Assembly: GCA_951406725.2 (NCBI GenBank)
Contig: OX597816.1
Location: 178,932,001 to 178,996,000, forward strand
Direction of reading: 5' to 3'
Length of the DNA stretch: 64,000 bases
From: Octopus vulgaris
Taxonomy: Eukaryota
Numbering within the stretch: the stretch's first letter is position 1; each line of letters starts with the position of its first letter. Both the position numbers and the translations under genes were made by a program. The notes beneath the pieces are model-generated. The model was not told the DNA's origin, did no database searches, and worked only from the letters and a program-made list of their open reading frames with translations. Positions 51,553-64,000 of this stretch are shown here, one piece after another.

Positions 51553-51560
<8 letters not shown>
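50639..51560 (+). mobile_element. Non-coding retrozyme-like element (direct repeats, 5' inversion, hammerhead) inserted in (TA)n
   Basis: 266-bp direct repeats 50748-51013 / 51295-51560 (period 547). 50639-50749 is the reverse complement of 50798-50908. Hammerhead at 51217-51292. Confidence 0.8.
51217..51292 (+). ncRNA. Type I hammerhead ribozyme
   Basis: AATGTA [CTGATGA] AGTC...GACC [GAAA] CC GA GG [TA] TGCATT. Stem I is AATGTA/TGCATT, stem II GTC/GAC, stem III short and quasi-palindromic, with a GUA cleavage triplet. Confidence 0.78.
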
Positions 51561-51589
<29 letters not shown>

Positions 51590-51830
51590 ATTTCAAATTT
51601 TGGTACAAGGCCAGCAATTTCGGGCAAAGGGATAAGTCAATTACATCAGCCCTAGTATTTTATTGACCCAAAAGAGTTAAAGGCAAAGTTGACTTCAGCA
51701 GAATTTGAACATAGGACATAAAAACAGATGAAATGTCACTAAGTATTTTTCCCAGCTTGCTAATGATTTTGCCTGTTCACTGCCTATATATGTATACACA
51801 CACATGCACACGCATACACATATGTGTATC

Positions 51831-51861
<31 letters not shown>

Positions 51862-52026
51862 GTGGCATGTCGAAACTCTGCTTGTGAAGACCCATTGAGG
51901 CAAGTGAGGATCAGAATCGAAATCGATCAATGGAAATCAAGCCTTCTGGCTTCACAGACCCCAGCAGAACCGTCCAACCCATGCTAGCATGGAAAACGGA
52001 CGCTAAATGATGATGATGATGATATA

Positions 52027-52230
52027 TATTGATAAAACGGTAAGATAACAAAAGAAAGAAAGAGACCTCAATATTATGTAAATAAAGGAAATTTATCTAT
52101 ACAATATGTTACATTACTCGGTAGTCAAGATAAAACTCTGAGTTTCAGATGCCGAAGTGGAAATCCACAACACCATCTCTTCGGTTATCTGGCTATTTTT
52201 ATCTTGACTACCGAGTAATGTAACATATTG

Positions 52231-52232
<2 letters not shown>
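52027..52232 (-). mobile_element. Second insertion of hammerhead family 2 with inverted tail
   Basis: Matches 25460-25627. The core is mutated to CCGAAGA. 52100-52135 is inverted at 52197-52232. Confidence 0.75.
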
Positions 52233-52261
<29 letters not shown>

Positions 52262-53465
52262 ATCTATGGATGTATATATGTATGTTAACTTGCAATATTG
52301 CAAGTTAACTTCAGCAGGGGAAAGCAGAGAGAATGAGGGAAAGAACAGCATCTGCATATGAGAAAAGATTTTTCTCATATGGGGTGTCATATTGTAGATG
52401 GATACATCTTTGTAGAAATGGTTTGGTGAGGGGAGGGATTAGCTCTGGAAGGACACTGGTTGAGACATTCTCAATCATAAGGAAAGGGACTTTGTTAGAG
52501 CTGGTTGCATCATTGATTTGAAGTGATTTGGAGATGTTGCTTCACTTGATGTTTATGTATTCATGGTGTGCACCCTGGTAGAGTGGAAAGGGAGATTGTT
52601 TGGGAGAGATTTACTTCATGTATTCAGAGTATAGAGGTGTCTGCTATCTAAATGTATATTATAAATGAATGTTTTATGTCTCTGCCATCCAGGTGTTTAT
52701 ACTGGTTTCAAATTTTGGCACAAGGCCAATAATTTTGGGATAGGGGTAAGTTGAATTCATCGAACCCAGTGCTCAGCTGCTACTTGTTTTATTGAAATTG
52801 AAATAACGAGAAGCAAAATTGAACTTGGAACATAAATATGGACGAAATGCCATTAAGCAATTTGCTTGACATGCTAACAGTTCTGCCAGCTTGCCATCTA
52901 CGCAGATGTTTATATTAATGTATGCTAAATGTGTCTGTTACCCAGGAGTATATATAAATTGCTCAAACATTTTTCTGAATTCTATGGTGATGATCAAGTG
53001 GTTTTATGAACTCCTCCTAACTTTTCACATCTAAGTGAAAACTTGTAACCATTGTCTTTCTACTTCAATCATCTTCACTGATAAATCATCATTAAATTAG
53101 GAAACTAGATCAGGTTCTCAGTAAACAGCTATATTACATTTAGTTTTATGCATATTTAGATATACATTTTCACATCACTAGATTATCCAAACTATACTCT
53201 GCTCCTGCATCCAGTTCTCACACCTAACACATAAAAGTTGTACCAAAGTTCATAGTTTGAATAATGTTAATGTGTGTGCATGTGTATATAATTGATTGTT
53301 ATAATTTAGATCAGTGGTTCTTAACCAGGGTCCATATGACTCCTGGGGATCCCTAATCTAGCAAGGAAGTCTGTGTTTCATCTGTCCCCTTTCATCTCCC
53401 CTGATTCATGGAGAGTTAAAATCAGTTGTGGACAGTAACTTTATTTGTACATGGAGTAGTGTGTA

Positions 53466-54730
53466 CGAGGAGCGTTCAATAAGTAATGCCTCTGACCCAC
53501 TTCCCATAGCAGTAGAGCAACGAAACTTGGCACAGTTATTAGTCTTTTTCTACATAGGAACCACTCAGAGTTACACATTTCTCCCATCGTTTGATGCAGC
53601 TCTGGAGACCGTTTTTGTAGCAGACCCCAGCTTGGTCCTCCAACCACGATGTGACTTCAGAAATCAAGGCTGCATCATCTGGGAAACGCTTTCCTTTCAA
53701 AAACAACTTCATGGCTGGGAAGAGGTGAAAATCAGAGGGTGCAAGGTCAGGAGAGTAGGGAGGATAGGGAGGAGTTCATAGCCGCATGCCTGTGCTTCTG
53801 ATCTGGCGACACGTGAGTTGTGGACCAGAGCATTGTCCTGCAGGAGGAGGATGCCTTTGCTGATCTTGCCCCACCTCTTGATTTTGATATCTTCTCTTAA
53901 TTTCCTCAAAAGTGAAGCATAATAGGCTTCTGTAATTGTGGTACCCTTTGCCAGGAAATCTGTCATCACTACTCCGTCCTGGTCATAGAAGACTGTGAGC
54001 ATGACCTTGCCAGCGGAGAGCTGCACCCTTGCCTTCTCTGGAGGAGGTGAGTCACGGTGTTTCCACTGCATTGACTGGGCTTTGGTCTCTGGATCATAGT
54101 GATGGACCCAGGTTTCATCCTGTGTAATCAGTCTTTTGAAAAATTTTGACTCATCTTCTTGGCACATCTCCAAATTCATCCTCGAGCACTCGACGCGTTG
54201 TTGCTTCTGGAAAGGTGTGAGCAACCTGGGAATCCATCTGGCAGACACCTTTTGCATATGCAAATGGTCATGAATGATAGTTTCCACAGACCCGGTACTA
54301 ATTTTGACCTCATGGGCTATTTGGCGAATAGTTATGCGTCGATCTTCCAAAATGGCAGCCTCAACTTGACAGAGAGATGCCTCATCAATGGCGACCAGAT
54401 CTGGGAGCTGTTTCCACAGAGATCTGACCATGTTTAAATTCACAATGCCAGCGTTTTACAAGGTCATATGATGGGGCATCATCACCATAAGTTACTTTCA
54501 TTTCATCAAAAGTCTCCTGTGGTGTGCATCCTTTCAAATACAAAAACCGGATCACTGCTCAACACTCAACAGGCTCCGTTTCACACTTGACTCAGTTCAA
54601 ACAATTGTAAATCAGAAACCTGTAATTTGCCACTTAATCTATAGAGATATAAATAATTGCACATGCAAAATTTCAGCTGGATCAAACAACTGCAAGTGGG
54701 TCAGGGGCATTACTTATTGAACGTCCCTTG
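53466..54730 (-). mobile_element. Near full-length mariner transposon (transposase pseudogene)
   Basis: TA-flanked ~37-bp terminal inverted repeats (CGAGGAGCGTTCAATAAGTAATGCC...). SARWIPRLL, TQDETWVHHYDPE, LLQDNA and frameshifted YSPDLAPSDFHLF motifs. The start codon is mutated and there is an early stop. Confidence 0.95.
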
Positions 54731-57169
54731 TATATTTTGAGGAAGTGTAGGTATAATTTAAAATGAGTAATTGAGATGATCCTGGGAAGTTGTACTAAGA
54801 GTTTTGTTACTGGAAATTGTAATTTCTAAAGGTTTTGTTATTGATACTCCATAAAGCTGAGTAAACTATTTGTTAGTTTGTTACTCAGCATTTTACATTG
54901 TTTCTTATGGAGACCAAGAGATTAGTTTTCTGACGTTAATGATAAAATAGTGCAGAAAGAAGGTTTGTTATCAGTGCTCCAGGTGTAGCATTCTAACCAT
55001 GAACATACTGTCCTATTTATATCTAAGACAACATTGGTCAGTGTAGCTTTTCTTAGTGGGATTTAGGAAAACTAAACCTGTCATATGAGGTTTATTTATG
55101 AGTGATATGTTTACTTTGTGTACAAATCATGGTGTGGATTAGAAAGGAGAGTATGTGGGTGGGTGATGTCAAGGCTAAGTCTTCCTAGAATTTTAGATGT
55201 TTGTGGGAGGGTTGATAGGCTTGGTGTTAGAAATGTTTAAGTTTATGCTGTTTCTAAATTCTGGGGATTTAGCAGGGTTAATATGAATAGTTGTTTAGCT
55301 TCAGGTCTGCTTTGCTTGAGTAGACCTATGTCCAAAAATGTCCCCAGTGATGATCAGCTTATCTTTTTAATGTTATTGTGACCTTTATTATACATTTTGT
55401 TTATCTTTTTTTCTTAAGATAGTAGGATGTGATTTGAGGGAATCTTCTGTGCAGGTTGAGTGACTGTGCAGAAGATTCTTTGTTCATACAAGTAGTTGAA
55501 TATCATCATCCTTTAACATACGTTTTTCCATGCTGTCATGGGTTGGACAGTTTGACCAGAGCAGGCAAGCTGTAGAGTTGCACCATGTTCCATTCTGGTT
55601 TTGCTTGGTTTCTATGACTGGATGCCCTTTCTAACACCAACCACTTTACAGTGTGTGATAGGTGCTTTTAACATGGCACCAGCACAACAAGCACTTTCAT
55701 ATGGCACCAGCATGAGTGCTTTTTATGGGGCATCAGCACAACTGCTTTTTATTTTATATAGGATTATTTGGGTGATGATTTTTTTTGATTATTGAGAATT
55801 TTCTTATGTTCTGATGGTGTCGGACAAAAGGAGAAGTCAAAATGGAAGATATATATCTTGTGTCGTGCGTTCCTGTTTTCTTTGTATGGTATTTGGTAGT
55901 TGACTTATAAACATTTTACTTGCTGTTGAATTGTAGGTGCGTTACTTGTAGCTGTTAATGTGATATGTGATAGCCATGGAAGGAAGCTGCTAACCTCATT
56001 ACATTGTGTTTTACTCTTTGTTTTCATGTTGGATACAAATGTTTGTCAAGTTTCTGCTTTTATTTTGTTATTTGTTCAGTTGCTCAAAGTGAGTTTCATT
56101 TCTGTTGAGTGATGTTGCTGCTCTGTGTTTGAGGGTATTCTTGTTTCTTTTTTTTCTCTCTCTCTCTCTCGTCTGGTTGTCTATTTCAATTGTGCAATTC
56201 AGGTTGTGTTTCCTTAATGTTGTCCTGAGGGATCTGTTTTGAAGCATCTTTTTGAATGTTTGTCCTGCAATGCTTATGGTAAAAATAGTTCCATCTTATG
56301 TTTACAAAGGCATTTTTGTTTTGTTCAATGATTGTGATGTGTTGTGAAAGTGAAGGGTATCTGCTCAAAAGGCTGCTGGGAGAATTGATTGTTTGCTATT
56401 TGTTTGTAGCAGCTGTGCATCTGCAGCAGAAAGCAATGTCTAGGAGAGCAGTTATTGGAGTTTGCCTGATGAGGTATGTGGATGTCTGAGTGAAGGTTGT
56501 TTAGAACATAAAGGAAGTTTAGTTGTGATGCTGTTGTGTCACTTGTATTATTTTGGTGCCAGTGAGAGACAGGTCTTAAGTTTGTAAATTGTTAGTGTGT
56601 GTAATATGTTGATTTTATTTTCAGTGTTTACATTTCTATTGTGACATTGTGCTCTGCTAGTGTCTACTTGCCATTTGTTATCTATAATTAAGATTTCAAG
56701 GAGTCTTGTTGGGACAGTTTTGCATTCTCTTCTATTATTATCATGTTAATAAAGCGGCCAGCTATCAGAATTGTTAAAGCATTGAACAAAATGTGTTGTA
56801 GTTTTTCTTCTGCTCCATATTTTGTATGTGATTTTGTTTGATTTTATTGCTGTCGTAATGCTTCACAAAGTAAGATTATTGTTGTTACTAGGAATTTTCA
56901 TCTAGTTTTCTGCATTGCAATTTTTTTTTAGGATTCAGCCATGCTGTTAGTCTGGTTTAAGTCAGTTTTGATGCTTTCTATCGGCTGTTCTGTGTGAGTT
57001 TTTAATGCTTGGTTACTTCTCTTTTTTGACACCTTTCTTAGTGTTTGGTTTCTGTAGTTTATGGATTTTTCTTATACCTGGTGTTGATCTGTCCGTTATA
57101 TGTTCACTTTTCATAATATAACTAGCATCTTAAGTGTGACTATTTTCCAGCTAGATTTACATTGTTCAG

Positions 57170-57650
57170 TGTGTCATTCCTTTTCTTGAGATAGCAGCAA
57201 CCACATGGAATCTCCATTGTTGACACATAACTCCTTTCACAGACATTGCCTTCCTTATTGGCCTCAACATTAACGAGTCAGTGACACAGACAGTAAGTAT
57301 CTATACAGATCTTGTACTAATTAATTACAACTTTGTCCTGATTCAGAAATAGAATATAAAAATTAATAATGTTTGGAACTAAGAGATTACTAAAATCAGA
57401 GCCAATATTAATCTCATGTTGTGCCATCGAGCAGTCGTGGTGCTCAACAGATTTGGCAAAAAATTTCCTTAGTTTCCTGAAACATCTTTCTAATGTTTTC
57501 AACCTGGATTTTATTCCAAACCAATCTTTTCATTTGTTCTGTGATTTTCCTTTCCTTCTGGTTTATTAATTCTTACAGTTGATTGTCTGTGATTCTTGTC
57601 TTTCTGATAATTTATCTTTGATCATATTAGTCTCTGTAAAGAAGTCTTTC
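57170..57650 (-). mobile_element. Possible highly degraded Gypsy pol remnant
   Basis: HDCSMAQHEINIGS followed by KGVM...WRFHVVAAISRKG resembles the pre-RT segment of Gypsy pol. Confidence 0.35.
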
Positions 57651-60600
57651 CAAACAAACAAACATTGGCTGAAGTCACCAAGTCATTCTGTATTTGGCAT
57701 AGTTTCAAAAACAAAGGAAGCTTCCTCTTACAAACTAAATACGTAACAGCATTTAGTTTACTTCTCCTCCGCTCCTACCACAACCATAATTTCTTTAGTC
57801 ATGCTTTCAAATCTTTTTGAATACAAATTAATCCATGTCCTTGAAATGTAAATAAACACCACTAAGTCAAAATATTTTCTTGGCTTTAAGATTTAATAAT
57901 GTCTTGGAGCATTTTCTTTTTATGTTGTCAATTTAAAGAGTTAGAGGAAACAGAATATCTAGTACTTTTGGTTTTTTATTAAAGTACCTTATCATAATTA
58001 TTTCAAATTATGTGCAAAAGATATGCATCTTTCTCCTAGTTTGATATATTCTATTGACAGACATCTCTCCATTTTGAATCAGTAAGATTTATTTCATTAT
58101 GTGACCCCCACCTTCTAATTTCATGCTCTACTGTTTTTTCCACATTTTCATCACTTAAAACTAATCATTTTTATATTTAAAGAAATATTCACAAAACGCC
58201 CTTTTTGTTTTTTACATTAAATTAATAATTAGCTTGGTTTAGTTATATCAGATGTCACATTGATGGATTTTTTCAGTCACACTAATGTAGAATTAACTTA
58301 GATCCCCTGTACTATTTTTACTCTCAGAAATACTATTGTATTGTTTCCCCAGACATACCATTGTATCAATGTCCCAGCCACACCATTGTGCCTTTGCTCC
58401 ATACACACCCGTACACTAGTACCCCAAACACACAAATGTATCACCCTCCCATATCCACTTATGGAACATTATCCCATCAAAACAGTCTTTCGTTACAAGT
58501 TCACTGTATGCAGTATGCAAGAAGTGATTTGCTTTCTATAAACCTTGTGGCTATTATAATGCTTTCTCTTAACAATCACACGTAAACATGTATCAGCTAT
58601 TATATTTCATAATTGTTCTGCTATTGTTCAAAAATTTGTTATTGCTACAACATACAAATGCTCTTTTTTGGTTTCAACACTAGTCCAAACTCTAAGTCAT
58701 GTGGTCAATGCTGTATAACTCTCATCTTACGTTTTTATCCTTTCTTTGTTTCAGTCATTGGACTGTGGCTATGCTAGGGTATCATCTTGAAGTGTTTAGT
58801 CAAGCAAATCGACCCCCAGAGCTTACTTAGTTTTAAAACCTAATGCTTATTCTGTCAGTTTCTTTTGCTGAACTGTTAAGTTATAGAGATGCAAACAAGC
58901 ACTGGTTGTCGAGTGGTCTGGAGGGACAAACATAAAGACCCCCACCTCACAACACACACACACACATGCATATCTATATGATGAGTTTCTTTCAGTTTCC
59001 ATTTACCAAATCCACTTGTGAGACTTTGATTGGGTACGGGCTACAGTAGAAGGCACTTGCCCAAGATTCCATGTCATCAGATTGAACCCAGAACCATGTG
59101 TTGGGAAGCATACGTCTTACCACATGGCCATACCTGCCCTTATTATGAAGAAATACTTGATTTTCCTGAACTTATCTGTTATCATATTAGTGATAATTTA
59201 TTATTTACCTGCCTAAAATATTTCCTGCTATCTTACTGAGGTAACAAGGTTGAGCTCATATTTTTTTAATGCGTAGTCAGTGAGGAAAGATCAACTGAGT
59301 AAACCCTGCTAAAGGCACTCAAGGACCAGATAGTGGCCTTAAACTGGGCAACAAATTAAGCTAACCACCCAAGAACTCAGAACACAAGTTACTGGTACTC
59401 TAACAATTTTACCAATTGATTGTCTTAGACTGGTGCTTCATTTTATTGATCCTGAAAGCATGAAGCATTAAGCTGGCCTGAGTAGGATTTGAACTTACGG
59501 CACAGGGTTGGAAAAAATATTGCAAGGCATTTTAATTCTGCATGTTAACAATTCTATCTGTTCACCACTTTTAATAAACCCTTTAGCATTTAAACTAGCC
59601 ATATATGGCCAAAATATTCTGCCTGTTTTATGTCTAAACTGGCCACATCCAACCACTCACACCTACCCTACACTATCATTCTAAAAATTAAGTTACTTTA
59701 TCGAAATCTCATAGCTACAAGGTAATTCATTATTAATTCAAAATGATGTGAGTAAAAAAATCATTTCTTTTGATAGAATAATGTGAATGCTAAAGGGTTA
59801 AAGGCGTTCTAGCTTTGACTTTCCTGTCTTTTAGTCAGACATACTCCAAGACTACACTATCCAATGTCTTTATTTTTATCTTGGTGGCAGTAGTGTGTTA
59901 TCTAGAAGTTAGAGTATTGAGTTTGAATGAAATGCTGTTGTCTTTCGTGGTTTGTATTGGCTTAGAGCTGCTGCTGATAACAATAATCCTTTCTACTGTA
60001 GGCAGAAGGCCTGAAATATTGTAAGGGAGGGTTTGTCAGTACTTATTTTAAAAATAAGGGCCAGTCAAGCACTTGGGTCAATGTAGTTGACTAGTCTCCT
60101 CCCCCTAAATGCCTTTGATTGGATGAAATGCAGAGCGATATTTCGCCCATCTCTCCGTTCTGAGTTCAAATTCTGCTGAGATTGACTTTGCCTTTCATCC
60201 TTTCGATGTCGATAAATTGAGTACCAGTGAAATACTGGGGTCGATGTAATCAACTAGTCTCCTCCCCTCAAAATTTCAGGCTTTGTGCCTATAGTAAAAA
60301 AGGATTATCATTATTAAGGTGTCAAGCTAGCAGAGTTGTTAGCATACCGGGAAAAAATGCTTAGTTTCATATCAAATTCAATGACTGGCATCTGTGCCAG
60401 TGGAGCGCTAAGAGCACCATCCAAGCACGATCGTTGCCAGAGCAGATAACTGGCTTCCATGCCGGTGGCACGTAAAAAGCACCATTCGAGCATGATCGTT
60501 ACCAGTGTGGCCTTACTGGCACTTGTGCCGGTGGCACATGAAAAAACATTAAAGCGAGGTCATTGCCAGTGCCACTGGACTGACTCCTGTGTAGGTGGCA

Positions 60601-61111
60601 AGTAAAAAACACCATTTGAGCATAGCCGCTGCCAGTACCACTTGACTGGCCCATGTGTCGGTGGCATGTAAAAGCACCCACTACACTCTTGGAGTGGTTG
60701 GCGTTAGGAAGGGCATCCAGCTGTAGAAACTCTGCCAGATCAGATTGGAGCTTGGCGCAGCCATCTGGTTTGCCTGTCCTCAGTCAAAATCGTCCAACCC
60801 ATGCCAGCATGGAAAGCGGACGTTAAACGATGATGAGGATGATTTCCAGCTCTTTACATTCAGAAATCAAATCCCACCAAGGTCAACTTTGCTTTTCAGC
60901 TTTTCAGGGTGAATAAAATAAAGTTCCCCTCAAGTACTGGAGCTCATGTAATAAATTTACCCTTTCCTTTCAAAATTACTGCTTTGTACCAAAATTGAGA
61001 CCATTATTACCAATGTGACCACATTGCCAGTGTTCCCTTACTGCTAGATACTTCATGTCTTCAGAATTGTGATAAAATGGTTTTCTGAGTAATCTGAAAG
61101 AATAAGTGTTA

Positions 61112-61508
61112 TCTTTATATATAAAAGTGAAGTTGTGTGTCTGTCTCCTACAATTTAGATTCCTAACTACTCCCACATTTTGCGGTGCAGTTTAACCAAA
61201 ACCGGGTATCTTATAGTCGTGATTCATATCGAGCCCTTCTGGGTATTAGCGCGCGTCTACAATGAGTCTACGATTTTAAAAATAATTTACCATCATTTTT
61301 TCCATTTTAATACATTTTTCGCTATTATATAAGGGAAGTAACTCTCTAAAAATGTCTACGATGAGTCAACGATTAAAAAAAAAAATTTACCATAATTTTT
61401 TTTCCATTTTTAATGCACTTTTTTGCTATTTTTTGGCTATAACTCTCTAAAAATGCTTATATAGTTATTTCCCTTACAAACCCGAGCAATGCCGGGCGAA
61501 ACTGCTAG
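61112..61508 (+). mobile_element. Non-autonomous Helitron
   Basis: A|TC...CCCGAGCAATGCCGGGCGAAACTGCTAG|T; same family as 30742 and 16224. Confidence 0.85.
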
Positions 61509-64000
61509 TATATAAATAAAATGAAATAAACTAAAAATTTCGTATTTCTCTATAATGTTCTTTAAGGAGAGAGACAACATTATATGATGATGTCTGGAAT
61601 ACCAATACATATGCTCACATCTACACATATACATACATTTCTCTACACATGTATGCTTATATACATGCAGTCTACCTGGTCATTTACATTTTGTTTGCAG
61701 TCTAGCCCTTAACCCTAAATTTTCTCTAGCCCCTAACCTTAACCCTAAACCTGACCTAGATCAGATCATTTTACTGTGTAGACCACAGATACTGTGGTAG
61801 ATCACACACTGAAGTAGCACCCATTCACATGTATGTAGCTCTAACCTCTGCAAAAGCTTGTGTCTTTCAAAATGGTGGATGATGGCCAATTCATAAAGTT
61901 TCTCTCCGTCTGCTGGATCCATTGGTTTATCATTTGACTGAAACTGCTCCCACCCAGCCCAACTTCCAGCAAACAACTATTACTCACTGGTCTTTCATTA
62001 GGATCATGCCATCTACTGACTTCACTAGTACTATGCAACAATTTCCATTGACCGTTTTCCAATGCTCCATAAATGTTATGCCTGAACTGAATTTACTTAG
62101 CTTTTCTGATCCATTATTCATCTTGCGTGGTTGAACCCTTTAGCATTTAAACTGGTCATATTGAGCCCAAATATTCGATTTGTTTTATGTTCAAACTAGC
62201 TAGATCTGGCCTCTCACACCTACCCTACTGTGTAATTCTAAAAATAAACAATCAGATCATTAAATTCTTAAAGCTTTGAAATATTGTATGATTAATTCAA
62301 AACAATGTGAATGAATAAACATTACATTTGACAGATGCTAAAGGGTTAAAGACTGAATTGACCCCCATTCTGAAGATCTTACTCTTGATTTTTTTTTTAG
62401 TGTGTGATGAGTTCCCTTAAAGTTTACAGTATGTAGACATTTGTCCTGGATTGTTGAGACTGCATGAGGCAGGGAAACAGTATATGAATACACACACATG
62501 CTTACATGTAAACATACATTGACTTTTTGGAATGGTTACTGGGATGATGAACAACCAATAGGACTTGGAAAGCATGAGTTACAGGAGCAGAATTATCAGC
62601 AAACTGTAGCTCAGTGCTCTGATCAGATCTGATCTTGGTGGACGCCTGTAAACTTCTTGGGTTGAAAGGTTCCTGATCAGTTGAAAGTTAACAGTAACAC
62701 ACGCACACGCACATGTACACTACAGACCAACAATCACATACCTACACACTCACATACATGCTCATATGCACTCACATAGATACACATATACACACTTACA
62801 TACACATACATACGCTCACACATCTATATTCATATGCTCACACTCACACGTCTACTCTTACACATCAACACTTACATAGACACACACACATACTCTGATA
62901 TACATGCACTCACAATCATACACACATACATTCTCATACGTACATCTGGATGTTGAAAATTTATATTGATTTCATTGATTACAGTTGTTTCAAAAATATA
63001 TATTATCATTTCAGTTGTGTGATGTGCATCCTAAGAGGGTGGTTGGCTCATCTTTGTTGAATAAAGATGAGATTTGTTGAGTCAACTGATTTGGAATAGG
63101 ATGCAGCAGATGTTTATAGATTGTTTGCCGGATTTAGAGGAATTGTTGGCATGTGACAAAGGAAATGTCTGGCAACAGAGCTGCCTTTTGACTGGAAATA
63201 TTAAACCACTGTTCAGAAATGGAAACTAGATATATCTATCTGTAAACTAATTATTGTGGCTTCAGTTTGGATGGTGTGCATTTGTATGTGTGTGTGTGTG
63301 TATAGATGATTTACTTCAAAAACATGCTGTACTCTTTTTCTGTATGTGAGTACGACTGCTTGGTACATGCATACATATATGTGTGTTTGTATATATATAT
63401 ATTTTATAAGCCGAGTTTAACCCTAGGAGCAGTGAGAGCCATCAATGAGCATTAAAATGCGTGAGCATCAAAATGTGAAAGCATTGATGATCTGTTGCTG
63501 TAGGGAGCTTCCCTCCCTTCTCAGTCATTAAGATCCTGCTTCTGTGGCTATTGAGTAGTTTTTACTATTATTTCACTATAGTGACGGATATATTTCTGCT
63601 GTTAGGTTGTAAAATTACAAATTAGCCACCCATATATATATATATTCTTTTATTCTTTTATTAGTTTCAGTCATTTGACTGTCGCCATGCTGGAGCACTG
63701 CCTTTTTAGTTGAACAAATAGACCCTAGGCCTTATTCTTTGTAAGTCTAGTACTTAATCTATTGGTCTCTTTTGCTGAACCGCTAAGTTACGGGAACATA
63801 AACACACCAACATTGGTTGTCAAGCGATGGTGGGGGGACAAACACAGTAACACAAACATACACACACACACACACACACATACGATGTTTCCGTCTACCA
63901 AATTCACTCGCAAGGCTTTGGTCAGCCTGAGGTTATAGAAGAAAACACTTGCTCAAGGTGCCACATGGTGAGACTGCACCCGAAACCATGGGGTTGGGAA

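Noticed and set aside
54900-57100. T/G-skewed stretch, possibly a very old antisense retroelement (similar at 2200-2720)
   Set aside because: No motif could be read with confidence.
57243-57292. Phase-compatible exon 2 candidate (DIAFLIGLNINESVTQT, TTTCACAG|...|GTAAGT)
   Set aside because: Good splice signals, but it overlaps an apparent antisense Gypsy relic and has no recognisable domain; needs RNA evidence.

Overview
AT-rich, repeat-saturated animal genomic DNA. The SINE, MITE and Helitron repertoire and the (TA)n/(CA)n/(ATCT)n density strongly suggest a coleoid cephalopod, probably Octopus (inference). Most of the ORF track is noise from microsatellites and repeats. Host-gene signal is limited to two divergent CpG-rich, ETS-motif promoters. 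One drives a - strand gene with a candidate Met-Gly first exon (~10.2 kb). The other drives a + strand gene whose first coding exon encodes a signal peptide (34192-34252). The rest is decayed mobile DNA: an L1/Tx1-like ORF1, Gypsy gag-protease, a CR1/L2-type RT, an RTE LINE with three C-terminal C2H2 fingers, a Penelope-like RT/GIY-YIG element, mariner/Tc1/pogo transposons, Helitrons, TTAA MITEs and several SINE families. The most interesting items are: (1) a 547-nt-period, hammerhead-ribozyme-bearing non-coding element (retrozyme-like, 50639-51560), plus a second hammerhead family and other fold-back elements, all sitting in (TA)n tracts near a Penelope-like element; (2) nested inverted-repeat elements carrying a variant (TTAGGG)n array just upstream of a promoter; (3) a 3.3-kb, 53-bp satellite in which each unit carries both a splice acceptor and a splice donor consensus. 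Coordinates were read by eye and may be off by a few bases.
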